Source of the DNA: Eledone cirrhosa
Taxonomy: Eukaryota
Assembly: GCA_964016885.1 (NCBI GenBank)
Contig: OZ024762.1
Coordinates: 9,920,001 to 9,984,000 of the forward strand
Length of the DNA stretch: 64,000 bases
Direction of reading: 5' to 3'
Below are positions 52,087 to 64,000 of the stretch, in pieces. Made by a program: the position numbers and the translations under genes. Positions within the stretch are counted from its first letter, which is position 1. Every line of letters starts with the position of its first letter. The notes under the pieces are model-generated. The model was not told the origin of the DNA. It searched no databases and saw nothing but the letters and a program-made list of their open reading frames with translations.

Positions 52087-52141
52087 CAAGGGCCTTGTTT
52101 CAGGGGGGTACCTCACATTTTAAAGGAAAACGAGGCCCCTG
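52087..52141. mobile_element. 55-bp minimal hAT-like MITE
   Basis: TIRs caagggccttgttt / aaacgaggcccctg, 8-bp TSD catatatt/catatatg. Longer sibling at 57205-57458. Confidence 0.7.
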
Positions 52142-52666
52142 CATATATGTATATTACATATGATTATGTATTCAAATAAACACAATTTATATTTAAAAAT
52201 AAATTTAAAAAAAACGGAGGAAAAATGGTGGAAGAAGACATATACATTCAATCCCACGCCTTATGGGGCGCTGGAGTCTCTCTAATAATTATTGAAGCCA
52301 GCCAACACAACATACAGCATTGTCGCGGGTGATAGATAGCGAGGCAAAGATGCTGGAATAACCAAGCACCTTCACGGGTATCACTTGGTACACTCGATAA
52401 GGCGCAACTGCCAACAATGACAAGAAGCTCGTTGTCAACGATCATTTCCCCACCCAAAAAATCACAAACACCACAGAGTGGATAACATTTTGGCGATAAT
52501 TATTGGCACTTTAGAATTATAAAAATAATTGTTTCTATTTTTGGCACAAGGCCAGCAATTATCTCAGTGTATTAACCTGTACTTTATTTTATAGACCCCT
52601 GTGGGGATGAAAGGCAAAGTTAACCTCGGTGGGATTTTTTATAAAAATAATATAATTATATCTTAC

Positions 52667-52960
52667 CCGAAAGCGGAATTCCTTGTGTTTCTCGTCGGTG
52701 GGTCTTTTGGCGTAAGGTATACCCAGAAAGGCATTCACTCTTCTGTCTGAAATCTTGTTGTGAACAGGTACAGAAAACCCTTCCACTGTCCCGTATATAG
52801 TTTGGGCCGTAACATGACGTTTATCAAGTTCTAGTCTCCCGAAAGGTTCATCACACTTGAGGGATTCTGTCCAGCAGATCGATGGACACCAAGCGATAAG
52901 AAGAATAAATGATAATGATTTCCAGGCAGGCATCGGACAACGTCTTCTGCTGTCGCCCAT
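52667..52960 (-). CDS. Exon 1/11 of carboxylesterase-fold, neuroligin-like membrane protein (signal peptide and N-terminus)
   Basis: MGDSRRR...SLSFILLIAWCPSICW (hydrophobic leader)...YGTVEG...VNAFLGIPYAKRP...FRFR. FLGIPYA is the type-B carboxylesterase N-terminal motif. Donor CGG|GTAAGA, 294 nt, phase 0. Confidence 0.92.
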
Positions 52961-52999
52961 ATTATCGTTTAGACTGGCCTCCTCGGTCGTATTTTTGCT

Positions 53000-53330
53000 T
53001 TTCCGTCCGATTTGGTGTTATTTTGTAATATATTAAAGGTAAATACAATGATTATGATGATGTATATAGAGGTGTAAAGAGTTTGTTGTCCTAACTGATA
53101 TTATTTTGTTTAATTATTTTAAGTTCAGAGGTCAAGCAATGTGTAAAATACGGCAGAAGTTTTTTTTTCTTTTTTTTCTAATTTCGTTTAACTTGACGCC
53201 ATTGCTGTTGACAAGGTATTCGATCGGTCACGTGGTTACACATTGCATTCTATTGTTGAGTCAACAGGTGAGATAGGTAAAGACAGGTAAGTTGAGGTGA
53301 GGGAGGCTTTCTCTGCGCCGACGTTACGTG
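53000..53330 (-). promoter_or_regulatory. Probable promoter/5'UTR of the carboxylesterase-fold gene
   Basis: Unique CpG-containing sequence directly upstream of the ATG, with an E-box CACGTG at 53229 and AATGGCG (minus) near 53200. Supported by position only. Confidence 0.35.
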
Positions 53331-53708
53331 GTTGGTTGACTTGCTAGCAATAGCAGCCAAATCTCTCTCGAACCCCCCTCACACCCACCGTCTAAAAAAA
53401 CAGAAAGAACATGTTAGATAATGTAGTCCTACACATCACCTTAAAACGACTGGATGGTCACGGGTAGAATGCCTTCGATCATAGGCCTGTTCGATTAGGA
53501 GCGACCTGGGTCGATAGACAACAGCTATATATCCATATATATATATATAGGTATTGAAGTTTCCGTTGGAATTGAAAAAGTCATAGGAGTGAAGAGTGCT
53601 CTATGTAAGTACCAGAGCAAAGTTTAATGTATAATAAACAGTACAATATAATTACCTCATTACCTCTGGTAATGAGGTAATTATATTGTATTGTTTATTA
53701 TACATTAC

Positions 53709-53773
<65 letters not shown>

Positions 53774-53845
53774 GAAAGGTATAGAAATTGTTTTAGCGAG
53801 AAGCTAACAGTATTCCATAACACACACACACATATATATATATAT

Positions 53846-53879
<34 letters not shown>

Positions 53880-53882
<3 letters not shown>

Positions 53883-54135
53883 AAAAGAGTCAGGAGCCCG
53901 ACGGCTGAGCTCCGGCCGTTTCGACAGCTAGATCCGAACTATATATATAGTTCGGATCTAACTGAAGAAGATGTGGTAAGAAACCAGGTGGACCATAACG
54001 TACCAGAGTACTCGATACTTAAGGTAGTAGAGTGGGTAATAGGAAAAGAGTCAGGACCCCCGACGGCTCAGCTCCGGCCGTTTCGACATCTAGATCCGAA
54101 CTAAAGCGCCACACTGGTGCTTTAGTTCGGATCTA
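53880..54135. mobile_element. Family A composite with nested small fold-backs
   Basis: Two family-A pieces plus hairpins tagatccgaacta...tagttcggatcta and tctagatccgaactaaagcgcc...ggtgctttagttcggatctaga. Confidence 0.7.
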
Positions 54136-54458
54136 GATGGTGAACGACAGAACAAAGGAGAGACACAAAATAAAAACCCAGTCACTGAGGAGGTCACAGA
54201 ATGTGTGATGGAAGAGCTTTGACAATATATAAACAACCATCCAGTTATCGAACCAACCAACCAACCGGAAATTTATAATAAATTGAAATGAAAATCAACA
54301 GGTGCGTGTGTTTTTTATTGGCAACATGACCCTCCCAAAGTATAACAATATCCGTTTGAACACACGTTTTCAGATAAGAAATCTTGCGAAACAATTTCAA
54401 AAAACGAAGTATATGTATATATATATATATATATATATTACTAAAAGTCTGTGATTGT

Positions 54459-54502
<44 letters not shown>

Positions 54503-54800
54503 CTGTATATAATATAATACAACCAAAAGGGCGCATAATGGGAAAATACTTTTAAAGGAAGTTGCCTCTGAAATAAGAATACAAATGGAATAAAACAAGT
54601 TTCGCGTAAATCGAAGTACGGGTTCCCGAGATATGGGGTCTTTTCGGGTACCTTCATAAACAGAGAGAGAGAGAGAGAAGGATAGAGAAAAAGAGATAGT
54701 GGTTGTGTGAGAGTAGATTGAAAGAGAGACATAGAGAGAGGGAGAGGAGACAAATAAGGAGAATGGAAGAGAGAGAGCCGGTGGTGTTGATGCGTATATA

Positions 54801-55988
54801 CAGAGTGCGGGCGGTTATATAATAACAGAAAAAAACTGTATTCTTATAAAAATAACATAAACATAAAGCTAAATTATCAATTTAATAATTTCATTCAATA
54901 AAACCACCATAAGCATCAATAACTGCCTCTACACAGGATCAAAATCGTTTGCAAGCTCGGATTAAGTGGTCCTTGTTCATATCGGATATGACTCGAATTA
55001 TGGCGGCTTTCAAAGAATCTTTGGGACTATGGGGGTGTTCATTGACATTTTTCTCAACGATGCTCCATACATAGTAATCCAGTAGATTGAGATCTGGAGA
55101 ATTAGGAGGCCAAATGTTGGGGGTGATGTGATCATGCAAATTGTTGGTCATCCATTCTTGTGTCAATTGAGCTTTGTGTGATGGCGCAGAATCTTGTTGA
55201 AAGACATAAGGCCTTCCATTGCATACACTGTTGATCCAAGGTTTAACAACTTTTTCCAGAACCTCAATATACGCAGTAGCATTCACCCTAAGGACTTGTG
55301 GAAAAAGAGAGGAGGCATCACATGTCCTTCATTGCTAACAACACCCAAAACCATGACCAGAAGGGTCTGCACATAGCCACCTGTCATTTCTTCTGTTAGT
55401 TTTGGGGTCCTGGTCAAAGTTTTTCTCATCTGAGTAAAACCAAATCACACCATCTTCTGGTGGATTTTTAAGTTTGTTTAAAAGTCTTTTGGATCTGATT
55501 AAACGCTTTTCTTTTGGGTTTTTTTCTGACGTGAATCGACCTTTCCTCATCACGTAAGATTTGTATCTGATGTCTTCATCCACAATATTTCTGATTGTTT
55601 TTTTTCTGACACACCAACATTTTTTGCAATTGACCTCATTGGTTTTTCTGGATTGTCATCAATGTTTTGCTTAAATTCCTGAATAAATTCAGGTGTTCTG
55701 ATAGAATCAGAACGTTTGGAATGTTTTTTTAAGTTTTGATACAGGTAATACGCTTCCATCATCAACTCACACCGAACCTTGTGGACAAAAGATCTTGCAA
55801 CTTTCAAAAAACGGTAAATTTCTAAATCACAATGCTTAGCCTTCAAAGCCACAATCGCAGCATGCCTTTTCATTTCATTAGTAAGCATAGTTATTTTCAT
55901 TGTTATTTTCTGAAATGGAAGTTCTATAAAAATTAGTCAAATAAAACAATGACTAAAAATACATGTGTCCTCAAATACCGTCTGCACC

Positions 55989-55991
<3 letters not shown>
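54801..55991 (-). mobile_element. Decayed Tc1/mariner-superfamily transposon, DD37D (maT-type)
   Basis: Three frameshifted ORFs (55900-55550, 55583-55335, 55286-54939) carry an HTH region, WFYSDEKNF, VFQQDSAPSH and WPPNSPDLNLLDYYVW, with 37 residues between the 2nd and 3rd Asp. Imperfect TIRs CAGAGTGCGGGCGGT / CAGGGTGCAGACGGT, flanked by TA. Confidence 0.9.
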
Positions 55992-56065
<74 letters not shown>

Positions 56066-56112
56066 TATGATCAGTGTATATAGATCACAGACACCCACCT
56101 ATATATACATAT

Positions 56113-56148
<36 letters not shown>

Positions 56149-56211
56149 GTATTGAAATTTCCGTTGAAAACAGAAAATGGCCGGGGCTCAACCGTCGGGG
56201 TACTGAGGCTA

Positions 56212-56250
<39 letters not shown>

Positions 56251-56420
56251 CGAAGGAAATGTGGTAAGGAACCAGATGGACCATAACGCACCAAAGTACT
56301 CAATACTTAGGGTAGTAGAGTGGGTAATAGGAACGAGTAGGACCCCGACGGCTGAGCTCAAGCCGTTTCGACGGCTAATTCTGGACTAAATTTAGCTCAG
56401 CCGTCGGGGTCCTACTCGTT

Positions 56421-56470
<50 letters not shown>

Positions 56471-56473
<3 letters not shown>

Positions 56474-56663
56474 TTAATATAGATGAGATTCTACAGGACT
56501 AGAACTGTTTCATTCATTAGAAATCATCATGAAATCAGATGATTTCTAATGAATGAAACAGTTCTAGTCCTGTAGAATCTCATCTATATTAAAACTGTTA
56601 TACTCTGCTATGTATTGAGTACCTTACTTACTGTGGTTACCTCCGATTCAACCCGGAATAACG
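56471..56663. mobile_element. Family B fold-back copy
   Basis: Same sequence as 4480-4668 in opposite overall orientation, TA flanks. CTGATGA is broken at the inversion junction. Confidence 0.75.
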
Positions 56664-58099
56664 TATATATATATATATATATATAATCTATATATATATA
56701 TATACATACATATACATTAAACACGTGTATATATATATATAATATATATATATATATATACATACATATACATTAAACACACGTATATATATATATACAT
56801 ATATAATATATAAGATCAAAAGATGGTTATATATTATGTATACTCCAGTCCTACAAACTGTAGAGTGCTTCTTATCCGATATCTGCATTGCTTTATTGTA
56901 CTACAATAAAACTCACCTCCTACATATATACATATATATATATATATGGCCCGTGTGTATGGGCCTATCCAAGCGTGTGCCTGTAGTATTGAAGGACAAC
57001 TGGGAGAGGGTGCTTGCCCTAGCGGTCAGGGTAACTGTGTCTTTTGTGGGCTTTCTACACGAGTAACCCTTGGAGTCACCTCACCTTTGGGGAATTTATG
57101 GTTTTTTATTTAATGTTTATTTTTTTAATCTGTTAAAATTTTATTTTACACAAAAAAAACCCACTGTATCGTTTTTAATGTCTCCTTAATGTGAGCCCTG
57201 TATACAAGGGCCTTGTTTCAGGGGGTACCAGGGGACAAGTCCCCTCACTTTTTCAAACGTCTATGTTTATTTTTTGTTTATTTGATATAATAAATTCTTT
57301 TTAAGCTTATTTCTTTTTATATCTAAACTACATTTGAATATATAAAATTTAATTAGCGTAAAATTTATAGACACCATAAGCAATACTAACATGCTCCTTT
57401 AAGAATCAACAAATGTTGGTTTGTCCCCCTCACATTTTTAAGGGAAACGGGGCCCCTGCCTATGTGGCTAATAAAAAAAATCATTATTTAATTACTACTT
57501 TTTACATTCTAAATTTAAATCCTGCCGAGGTCAACTTCACTTTTCCTCACTCAAGGGCGGAGGGGAGTCCAATGGAATAAAATAGCAGTTAAGTAACGTC
57601 TCCCACCACCATCCTCTGGGGAAACACCTTCTTTATTCTGTCCACCGGGGCCGCTGGGCAGCCAGCTAGTGGGGCTCCCCATTTACTTATAATAGTGAGA
57701 GATGGTGGGGGAGGGAGAAAGACGGAGGCAGCGACTATACAAGCATTGATGAAGAACAGACCTGCCAAACTCTAAAAACCCGAACGGCGAGTACCATGGA
57801 AAAAAAAGGGCCCCAAAAGGGGAGAAATCTGGCAAAATAGGGAGATTTTACATAATGGTTTCTTTATTTTTACATAATGAAAGCTATACCCATTTTCACA
57901 AGAGAAGACATCTCTCATCCGACCTAAAGTGGATGGGCGAGTTGATAGGTCTGGAAGAAGCTAATCCTTTATCAGTCGTCTGCCCCCTAAATCTGAAGTG
58001 ACAAATTGCTGCCATTGTGCCTAAATTAGAAATCAGTGTTAATCGAACTACCGTTTCCTTTTTGTTTGTTTGTTTTTGTTCTTTGTAAATTTCAAAATT

Positions 58100-58660
58100 T
58101 AAAGTCCCTTAAGTCCTGTTGGAATTGTCTTGGGAAATTCTAAACCTAGCGGAACCCCAAATTAAAATAAAAATCATGTTCACTCGTGGAAATTACCGGG
58201 AGTTGTCTATGATCTTAAAACGAAGGGTTACACTTCGAAGTGGAATGACTGTTTCAGCGCGTCTCCCTCGCAGTTCTCCGGGACAATATATTCTCCATCC
58301 TGTCGGTCGGGACCCAGAGACGGAGGGTTGAGTTAGTTGGTGGTGGAGGATACTCGGGCGGACATCACTTCAACAGCTAAAGTATATTTACATTTATACA
58401 ACTGTGAACCTCAATGTTAAAACGAATATCAATAGACTAACAGACTGTGAAAGACAATAGTATGTATGTAAGGACTCGTAACTCCCAAAGGAATCGTCGG
58501 GGCGCTGTATTGACTTGCGGCGTCCCTAGGGTACTTTTAAACCTTGTGGAGCCGATCTTCTCTCCAGGTCTGAACGCAGCAGATTTCTTCCACAGAAGGA
58601 TAGAAAGTGAGAGAATGGAAGTGAGAAAGAGGTATCGAGGAAGAATCAACCCCTGTACTG
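58100..58660 (+). promoter_or_regulatory. CpG-rich unique segment, probable TAF5L promoter/5'UTR exons
   Basis: Repeat-free, CpG-enriched, 0.6-1.1 kb upstream of the TAF5L ATG; acceptor-like ttctctccag at 58567. Confidence 0.35.
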
Positions 58661-59217
58661 TGGTGAATTAGCAGAGTAGTGAGAACGTAGGACAGAATGC
58701 TTTGCGATATTAGTTCCGGCTTTCTATGCTCTGAGTTCAAATCCCGCCGAGGTCAGCTTTGCTTTTCATCCTTCTGAGGTCGATAAAAAAAAAATATATT
58801 ATCAGTCCTGAACTGGGACAGATTCTTTCTCTATATCTCTTTCTCATTATCACATTCTCTCTCTCTCTCTCTCCGTCTCTCTCCCTCTCTCTCTCTTATT
58901 CAAAAGCAAAAGCAACATCAGTCGTCATCTTCTCTCTCCTTGAATTATATTCTCTTTGTCTCGTTCTCCTCCCGTCTCAGAAACCCCTTTACATTTTAGT
59001 GGCTTTATTGGTTTGTTTAGGGGTGAGTGAAAAAAGAAAGCGAAGCATGCTTTTACTGGTGTGAGTGAGTGCAGAAGTGTTTATGTTTTAGTTATTACTT
59101 CCCTTGGTGAGTAACTCTTGAGTGCACCGTGCCATGTCTATTTGGAGGCTGCTTGTTCCTTGAAACTCAATAATGTCTGTTGAGTGGAACAGTTTCGACT
59201 TTCTTCAGTATTTGAAG

Positions 59218-59286
59218 ATGAAAAGGGTTAAGAATGAACAAATTCAAATGTCGATGAGCAATTATTTAAAAAGACGACAGTATCCG
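59218..59286 (+). CDS. TAF5L: TAF5-like (SAGA/PCAF complex subunit) coding exon 1
   Basis: MKRVKNEQIQMSMSNYLKRRQYP closely resembles the vertebrate TAF5L N-terminus as I recall it (MKRVRTEQIQMAVSCYLKRRQY). Donor CCG|GTAAAT. Upstream acceptor ttcttcag at 59208 implies a 5'UTR exon. Confidence 0.9.
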
Positions 59287-60009
59287 GTAAATATATATAT
59301 ATATGTATGTGTGAGTGTATGCATGCGCTGCGTGTATATATGTATGCAACTTCTCTGTCTATGTTATACGTATTTGTGAATGTATGTTTATGTCTATTAG
59401 CCGTATATTTGTATATATAATAGACACACTAGACACACACATTATGTATATATACATATATATGTATATATTTATATATATATATATATGTATATAAGAA
59501 ACTGAAAATTCTTGAATCCTTTTACTGATTATTCAAACGATATTTTATGTTTTGTGTACTTTTTTTTTCTTTGTAAACACAAACGTTACAATCGCCAATT
59601 CTTGTGTTGTCTCTCTCTCTCTATCTCTCCCCTCTCTCTATCTCTGTATATATATATATAGAAAGAGAGAGAGAGAGAGAAATATAGATATAGAGATAGA
59701 TAAATATAGATGTATTATATATATATATATATATATATAATAGCTGTTGAAACGGCCGGAGCTCAACCGTCGAGGTCCCGAATTATTCATAAATATATAT
59801 ATTAATACATATATACATATCTATATTAAATATATATTTTATATATAATATATTATATATATATATATATATATAGTGTTTTTGTCTTATCATTTCCTGA
59901 ACTATTTATAAATATCGCTCTATTGAGTGTTCCAGTCGACAGGCTGAGGCCATGCTGGGGCACCACCAATAATATATATATATGTGTGTGTGTGTGTAAA
60001 TAGATATCA

Positions 60010-61010
60010 TTTTCATCACCGTTTCTACAGTCATTTTTCCATGCTTGCATGGATCCTTTTCAGTAGGGGATCTCTCCACCCTTATTCCTTCGTCATCTCC
60101 ACTGTGATTCTCAGCGATTTGCGACAAGCTCTCACCACCTCCGCCCGGGTCTATCTGGGTCTACTAACGGCTCCCTTCCACTGGGATTTCCTGGTACTAA
60201 CGATCATCATCAATGCTCATCACATGTCTGTACCAACGCAATCTTCTCTCTCGCACACCACTTTGGATTCCTCTTAAACCGAGTTTCTACCTCAGTTTGT
60301 CCAAGCTCTGCCCTTCTGTCACATTTTCAATCCTCATCCAACAAAGCATGACTGCTTCATTTCTCTCCAGCTTTCCCATATCCTCAGCAGTCACTGCCCA
60401 TGTTACACTACCATGCAGAATTGCACTTCACACACAGGCATCATACAGCAGTCCTTTTGTATGTAGAGAGAAATCTTTTGTTCTCAACAATGGGAGTAGC
60501 TTTCTAAACTTCTTCCATCCTGTCCTTATTCTAGTTATAATACTCTCGCAGCACCCTCCTCAATTGCTAATTAGGTCACCTAGGTAGCAGAAGTTATCAA
60601 CCAGTTCTATGGATCCTTCATGTGATTGGAAAAGGTTTATATCACTGATGCTCTTCCAGTCGAATATCCCTGTGCATCTAGCACTATGAAGACTTCCCTT
60701 CCTATTAGTTTGCTTGCTATCCCACTACACCTCTTGTGTATCCAAGACTTGTATTGTGTACATTATACAGAGCTTCTACCTACTCCTATTCTGCATATCG
60801 AACAGGGGCATTTCCTTGATGAGATCTGGATCCTGTCTTCTTTCCTGCTTACCAACACTTTAGTTTTTTCTATGCTTACTCTCAGCCTTTTTGTTTGTAA
60901 ATCCTGTTTCATAGTTAGAACTTATTCTTTAGTTCTTTTATGGATTCAGCTATAAGGATCATCCATATAGAGGAGTTCCTATGGAGAGCCAGTCTTAAAC
61001 TCCTCTGTTA
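60010..61010 (-). mobile_element. Decayed RTE-clade LINE (RT domain to 3' end) in TAF5L intron 1
   Basis: The minus strand reads ELLYxDD-like, FCYLGD-like and RRLRWYxHVMS segments across stops and frameshifts. Confidence 0.75.
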
Positions 61011-61471
61011 TCATCATCATCATCATATATATATATATATAAAGTTTTAAAAATTAACAAAGAAAGGACAAGAAAACAAACAGAAACAAAGAAAAATGAA
61101 AAATATTTTTTTAAGGTTTATTTTTTTAAAAATAAATATACAAACGAAAGTCACAGAACACCAGGGTCATCAGCCATTGAGATAGACTTTGGCAGTTTCG
61201 ACCCCTACCAGCTGAAGGGTCTTCCTGGCCCTATGATTGGGAGGTTTTCTATGGCTGGATACCATTTGATATGTGTGTGAAATTATAATTTTGTGTTTAT
61301 GTGTATTTATAATATATATCTATGTGTATATGTAATTTTTTGTTTATGGGTATATATAATATATATGTGTATGTGTGTATATGTAATTTTGTGTTTATGT
61401 GTGTGTGTAATTGTATGTATGTGTATATATAAAGACAAACTGAAGTTTTTTGGGTTTTTTTCATTTCACAG

Positions 61472-61629
61472 GAGAGCTCCATTCCAGGCAAGAAGAATCA
61501 CCAATATATCCAAGAACCTTTTGAATTGGTATCCCAGAACAATGTCCAGCATCTCTCCACCATAAACAATGTGTTAGCCTACAGTAGCATCACAGGAGAT
61601 GCATCAGCATGTGACCACCAGTTCTCACA
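61472..61629 (+). CDS. TAF5L: TAF5L coding exon 2
   Basis: tttcacag|ESSIPGKKNHQYIQEPFELVSQNNVQHLSTINNVLAYSSITGDASACDHQFS(Q). Open frame, phase 0/2 fits both neighbouring exons. Donor CA|GTAAAA is weak. Confidence 0.72.
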
Positions 61630-62666
61630 GTAAAAACAGCATCTCCTGTTTTTTTACTTCAACCATTGCTTGTTGTCTTTCTACCTACACACCTAATCAT
61701 GGGTCCCAAATAATAGGTGGGGGTTTAGAATAAGCAGAGGTATTGGACATTTGTTTACATTCCTTCGTCGTCATCTCATTGATTTGAGGTCTGCTCTCAC
61801 AACCTCTGCCCTAGTCTTTCTTGGTTTACCTCTACTGCAGCTTCCTTCCACTGGGATTTCCTAGCATTCCTTCACCCAGTGATCATTATCCATATGCATC
61901 ACATGTCCATACCAATGCAGTCTCCTCTCCTGCACACCATCTTGAATTCCTCTTAAACCTAGCTTCTCCCTCAACTCATCCAAGCTCAGACTTTCTCTCA
62001 CATTTACATTAAACATCCAATGGAGCATGGTTGCTTCATTTCTCTCCAGTCTACACATGTCCTCTCACCATATCAATTATCTGTCTATTTATTCATGTTT
62101 TCAGCTGCTATCCATCTATCCACTCTGCCCTCGTTCTCTACCCATCCACCCACCTCTTGTTCTGCCCATCTGCCCCATCACCATAATATCTATTTTCAGC
62201 TATCCAAACAACCACCCACCAATCCAACCATATCCCCCCTTCTCTTTCTATCCGCCTTCCAATCTCAACTGAGGGTACAAGACACCCATCCCTGTAGAGG
62301 ATACCAGTCCATCACAGGGTTAAAACCCCCAGCTATTGCTGGTACTCATTTTCAACTGAGTATACTGGAGCAGTATATCTATTTTTAAATATCCAGCCAC
62401 ATACCCACTCAGCTATCCACCCGCCTCTTCTCATTCTATCCATTTACCCCTATCACCATATCAATATCTATGTCTCTCTCTCTCTATATATATATATGTC
62501 TCTCTCTCTCTATATATATATATATGTCTCTATATATATATATATATATATGTCTCTATATATCTATGACTATATATATATATATGTGTGTCTGTATATG
62601 TATATATCTATGTCTATATATATATCTGTCTATATATCTATCTATGTTTATATATATATATATATC

Positions 62667-62703
<37 letters not shown>

Positions 62704-62768
62704 GTCTATATATATGTATTGATGTATCTATGTCTCTCTATATATGTATATTTATATATATATATTTA

Positions 62769-62832
<64 letters not shown>

Positions 62833-62856
62833 TATATATATATATATGTATGTATG

Positions 62857-62929
<73 letters not shown>

Positions 62930-62958
62930 GTCTATATATATATATATGTATGTATGTA

Positions 62959-63013
<55 letters not shown>

Positions 63014-63160
63014 ATATGATATATATATATATATCTATATGATATATATATATATATCTATATGATATATATCTATATATATATATATATATATATCTAT
63101 ATGATATATATATATCTATATGATATATATATATATGTGTGTGTGTGTCTCTTTTTCCAG

Positions 63161-63279
63161 ATTGAAGCAGTTCATCTGTGATGCAGTCGAACCTTACCGT
63201 ACCGAGCTCCATATCTTGCTCTTCCCAATATTTGTACATGTCTACCTTGAAATGCTCTACAATGGTCACAAAAGTCCAG
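63161..63279 (+). CDS. TAF5L: TAF5L coding exon 3 (TAF5 NTD2 domain); gene continues beyond window
   Basis: tttttccag|(Q)LKQFICDAVEPYRTELHILLFPIFVHVYLEMLYNGHKSP(G)|gtcagc. ELxxLLFPIFVHxYLEM is the TAF5-family NTD2 motif. Confidence 0.9.
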
Positions 63280-64000
63280 GTCAGCGCTCTTTCCACAATC
63301 ACTATAGCCTTCCTCCAACATCTCACATCCACACACTCTCTCTCTCTCTCTCTGTCTTTCTATCTTTCTCTATCTATCTCTCAATTAACCCTGTAGCATT
63401 TACATTACTCTATATATAATAATATAATAATTGTTTCTACTTTTGGCACAAGGCCAGCAATTACACCAGTGCATTACTGGTACTTTATTTTATCGACTCC
63501 GTAAGGATGAAAGGCAAAGTTAACCTCGGTGGGATTTGAACTCGTACCAGTAATGTACTGGGTAATTGCTGGGCCTTGTGCCAAAAGTAGAAACAATTAT
63601 TATTATATTATAATAATATAATGATAATGAAAATTATTGTGTACAGTGCTCAGGTTCACTACAAGTCATCAAAGGTGCATGTATAGTATATAGAATAATG
63701 TACAAATGTCAGGAAAGTGAACAGTGTATAAGTCATGATATACACACAGATGAATGCGTACATGTGTATGGAGGGAGAATATCAGGTGTGGTGTTGGCAA
63801 ATTCCGGGAAGCATGGAAGTTTACTGTTGTATTTTCGAAGTAAACACTTTATCTCACATAATTATCTTACATAATATTGAATCTGTGAGATTTTGATATT
63901 ATTTATTTTGAGAACAATACCTTAATGTCAGTATGAACAGCTGGTTACCGCCAGTTTGAACAGAAACAGGTGAGAGAATTCTGGCCGGATATGGCTGGTT

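Noticed and set aside
58119-58740. Small ORFs or a structured RNA gene upstream of TAF5L
   Set aside because: No recognisable protein motif and no snRNA, SRP or telomerase-template signature visible; better explained as promoter/UTR.

Overview
AT-rich, microsatellite- and transposon-dense eukaryotic DNA. The (TA)n load, tRNA-SINE types and gene style suggest an octopus or other coleoid cephalopod (inference). I reconstructed two host genes by hand, with GT-AG junctions and consistent phases. (1) A complete 11-exon minus-strand gene (ATG 52960 to TGA 27906, 657 aa) encodes a type-B carboxylesterase/cholinesterase-fold, single-pass membrane protein. Its nucleophile Ser is replaced by Asp (GHDAG), making it neuroligin-like. 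(2) The first three coding exons of TAF5L lie on the plus strand, divergent from gene 1, with a decayed DD37D (maT-type) transposon between them. Nearly all long ORFs in the track are repeat artefacts. The most unusual signal is a set of type I hammerhead-ribozyme (HHR) motifs from at least six distinct short element families, probably Penelope-derived. They sit in or beside (TA)n arrays, often as fold-back palindromes. One is a near-perfect 1.9-kb palindrome with an HHR near each end, 85 bp from exon 2.
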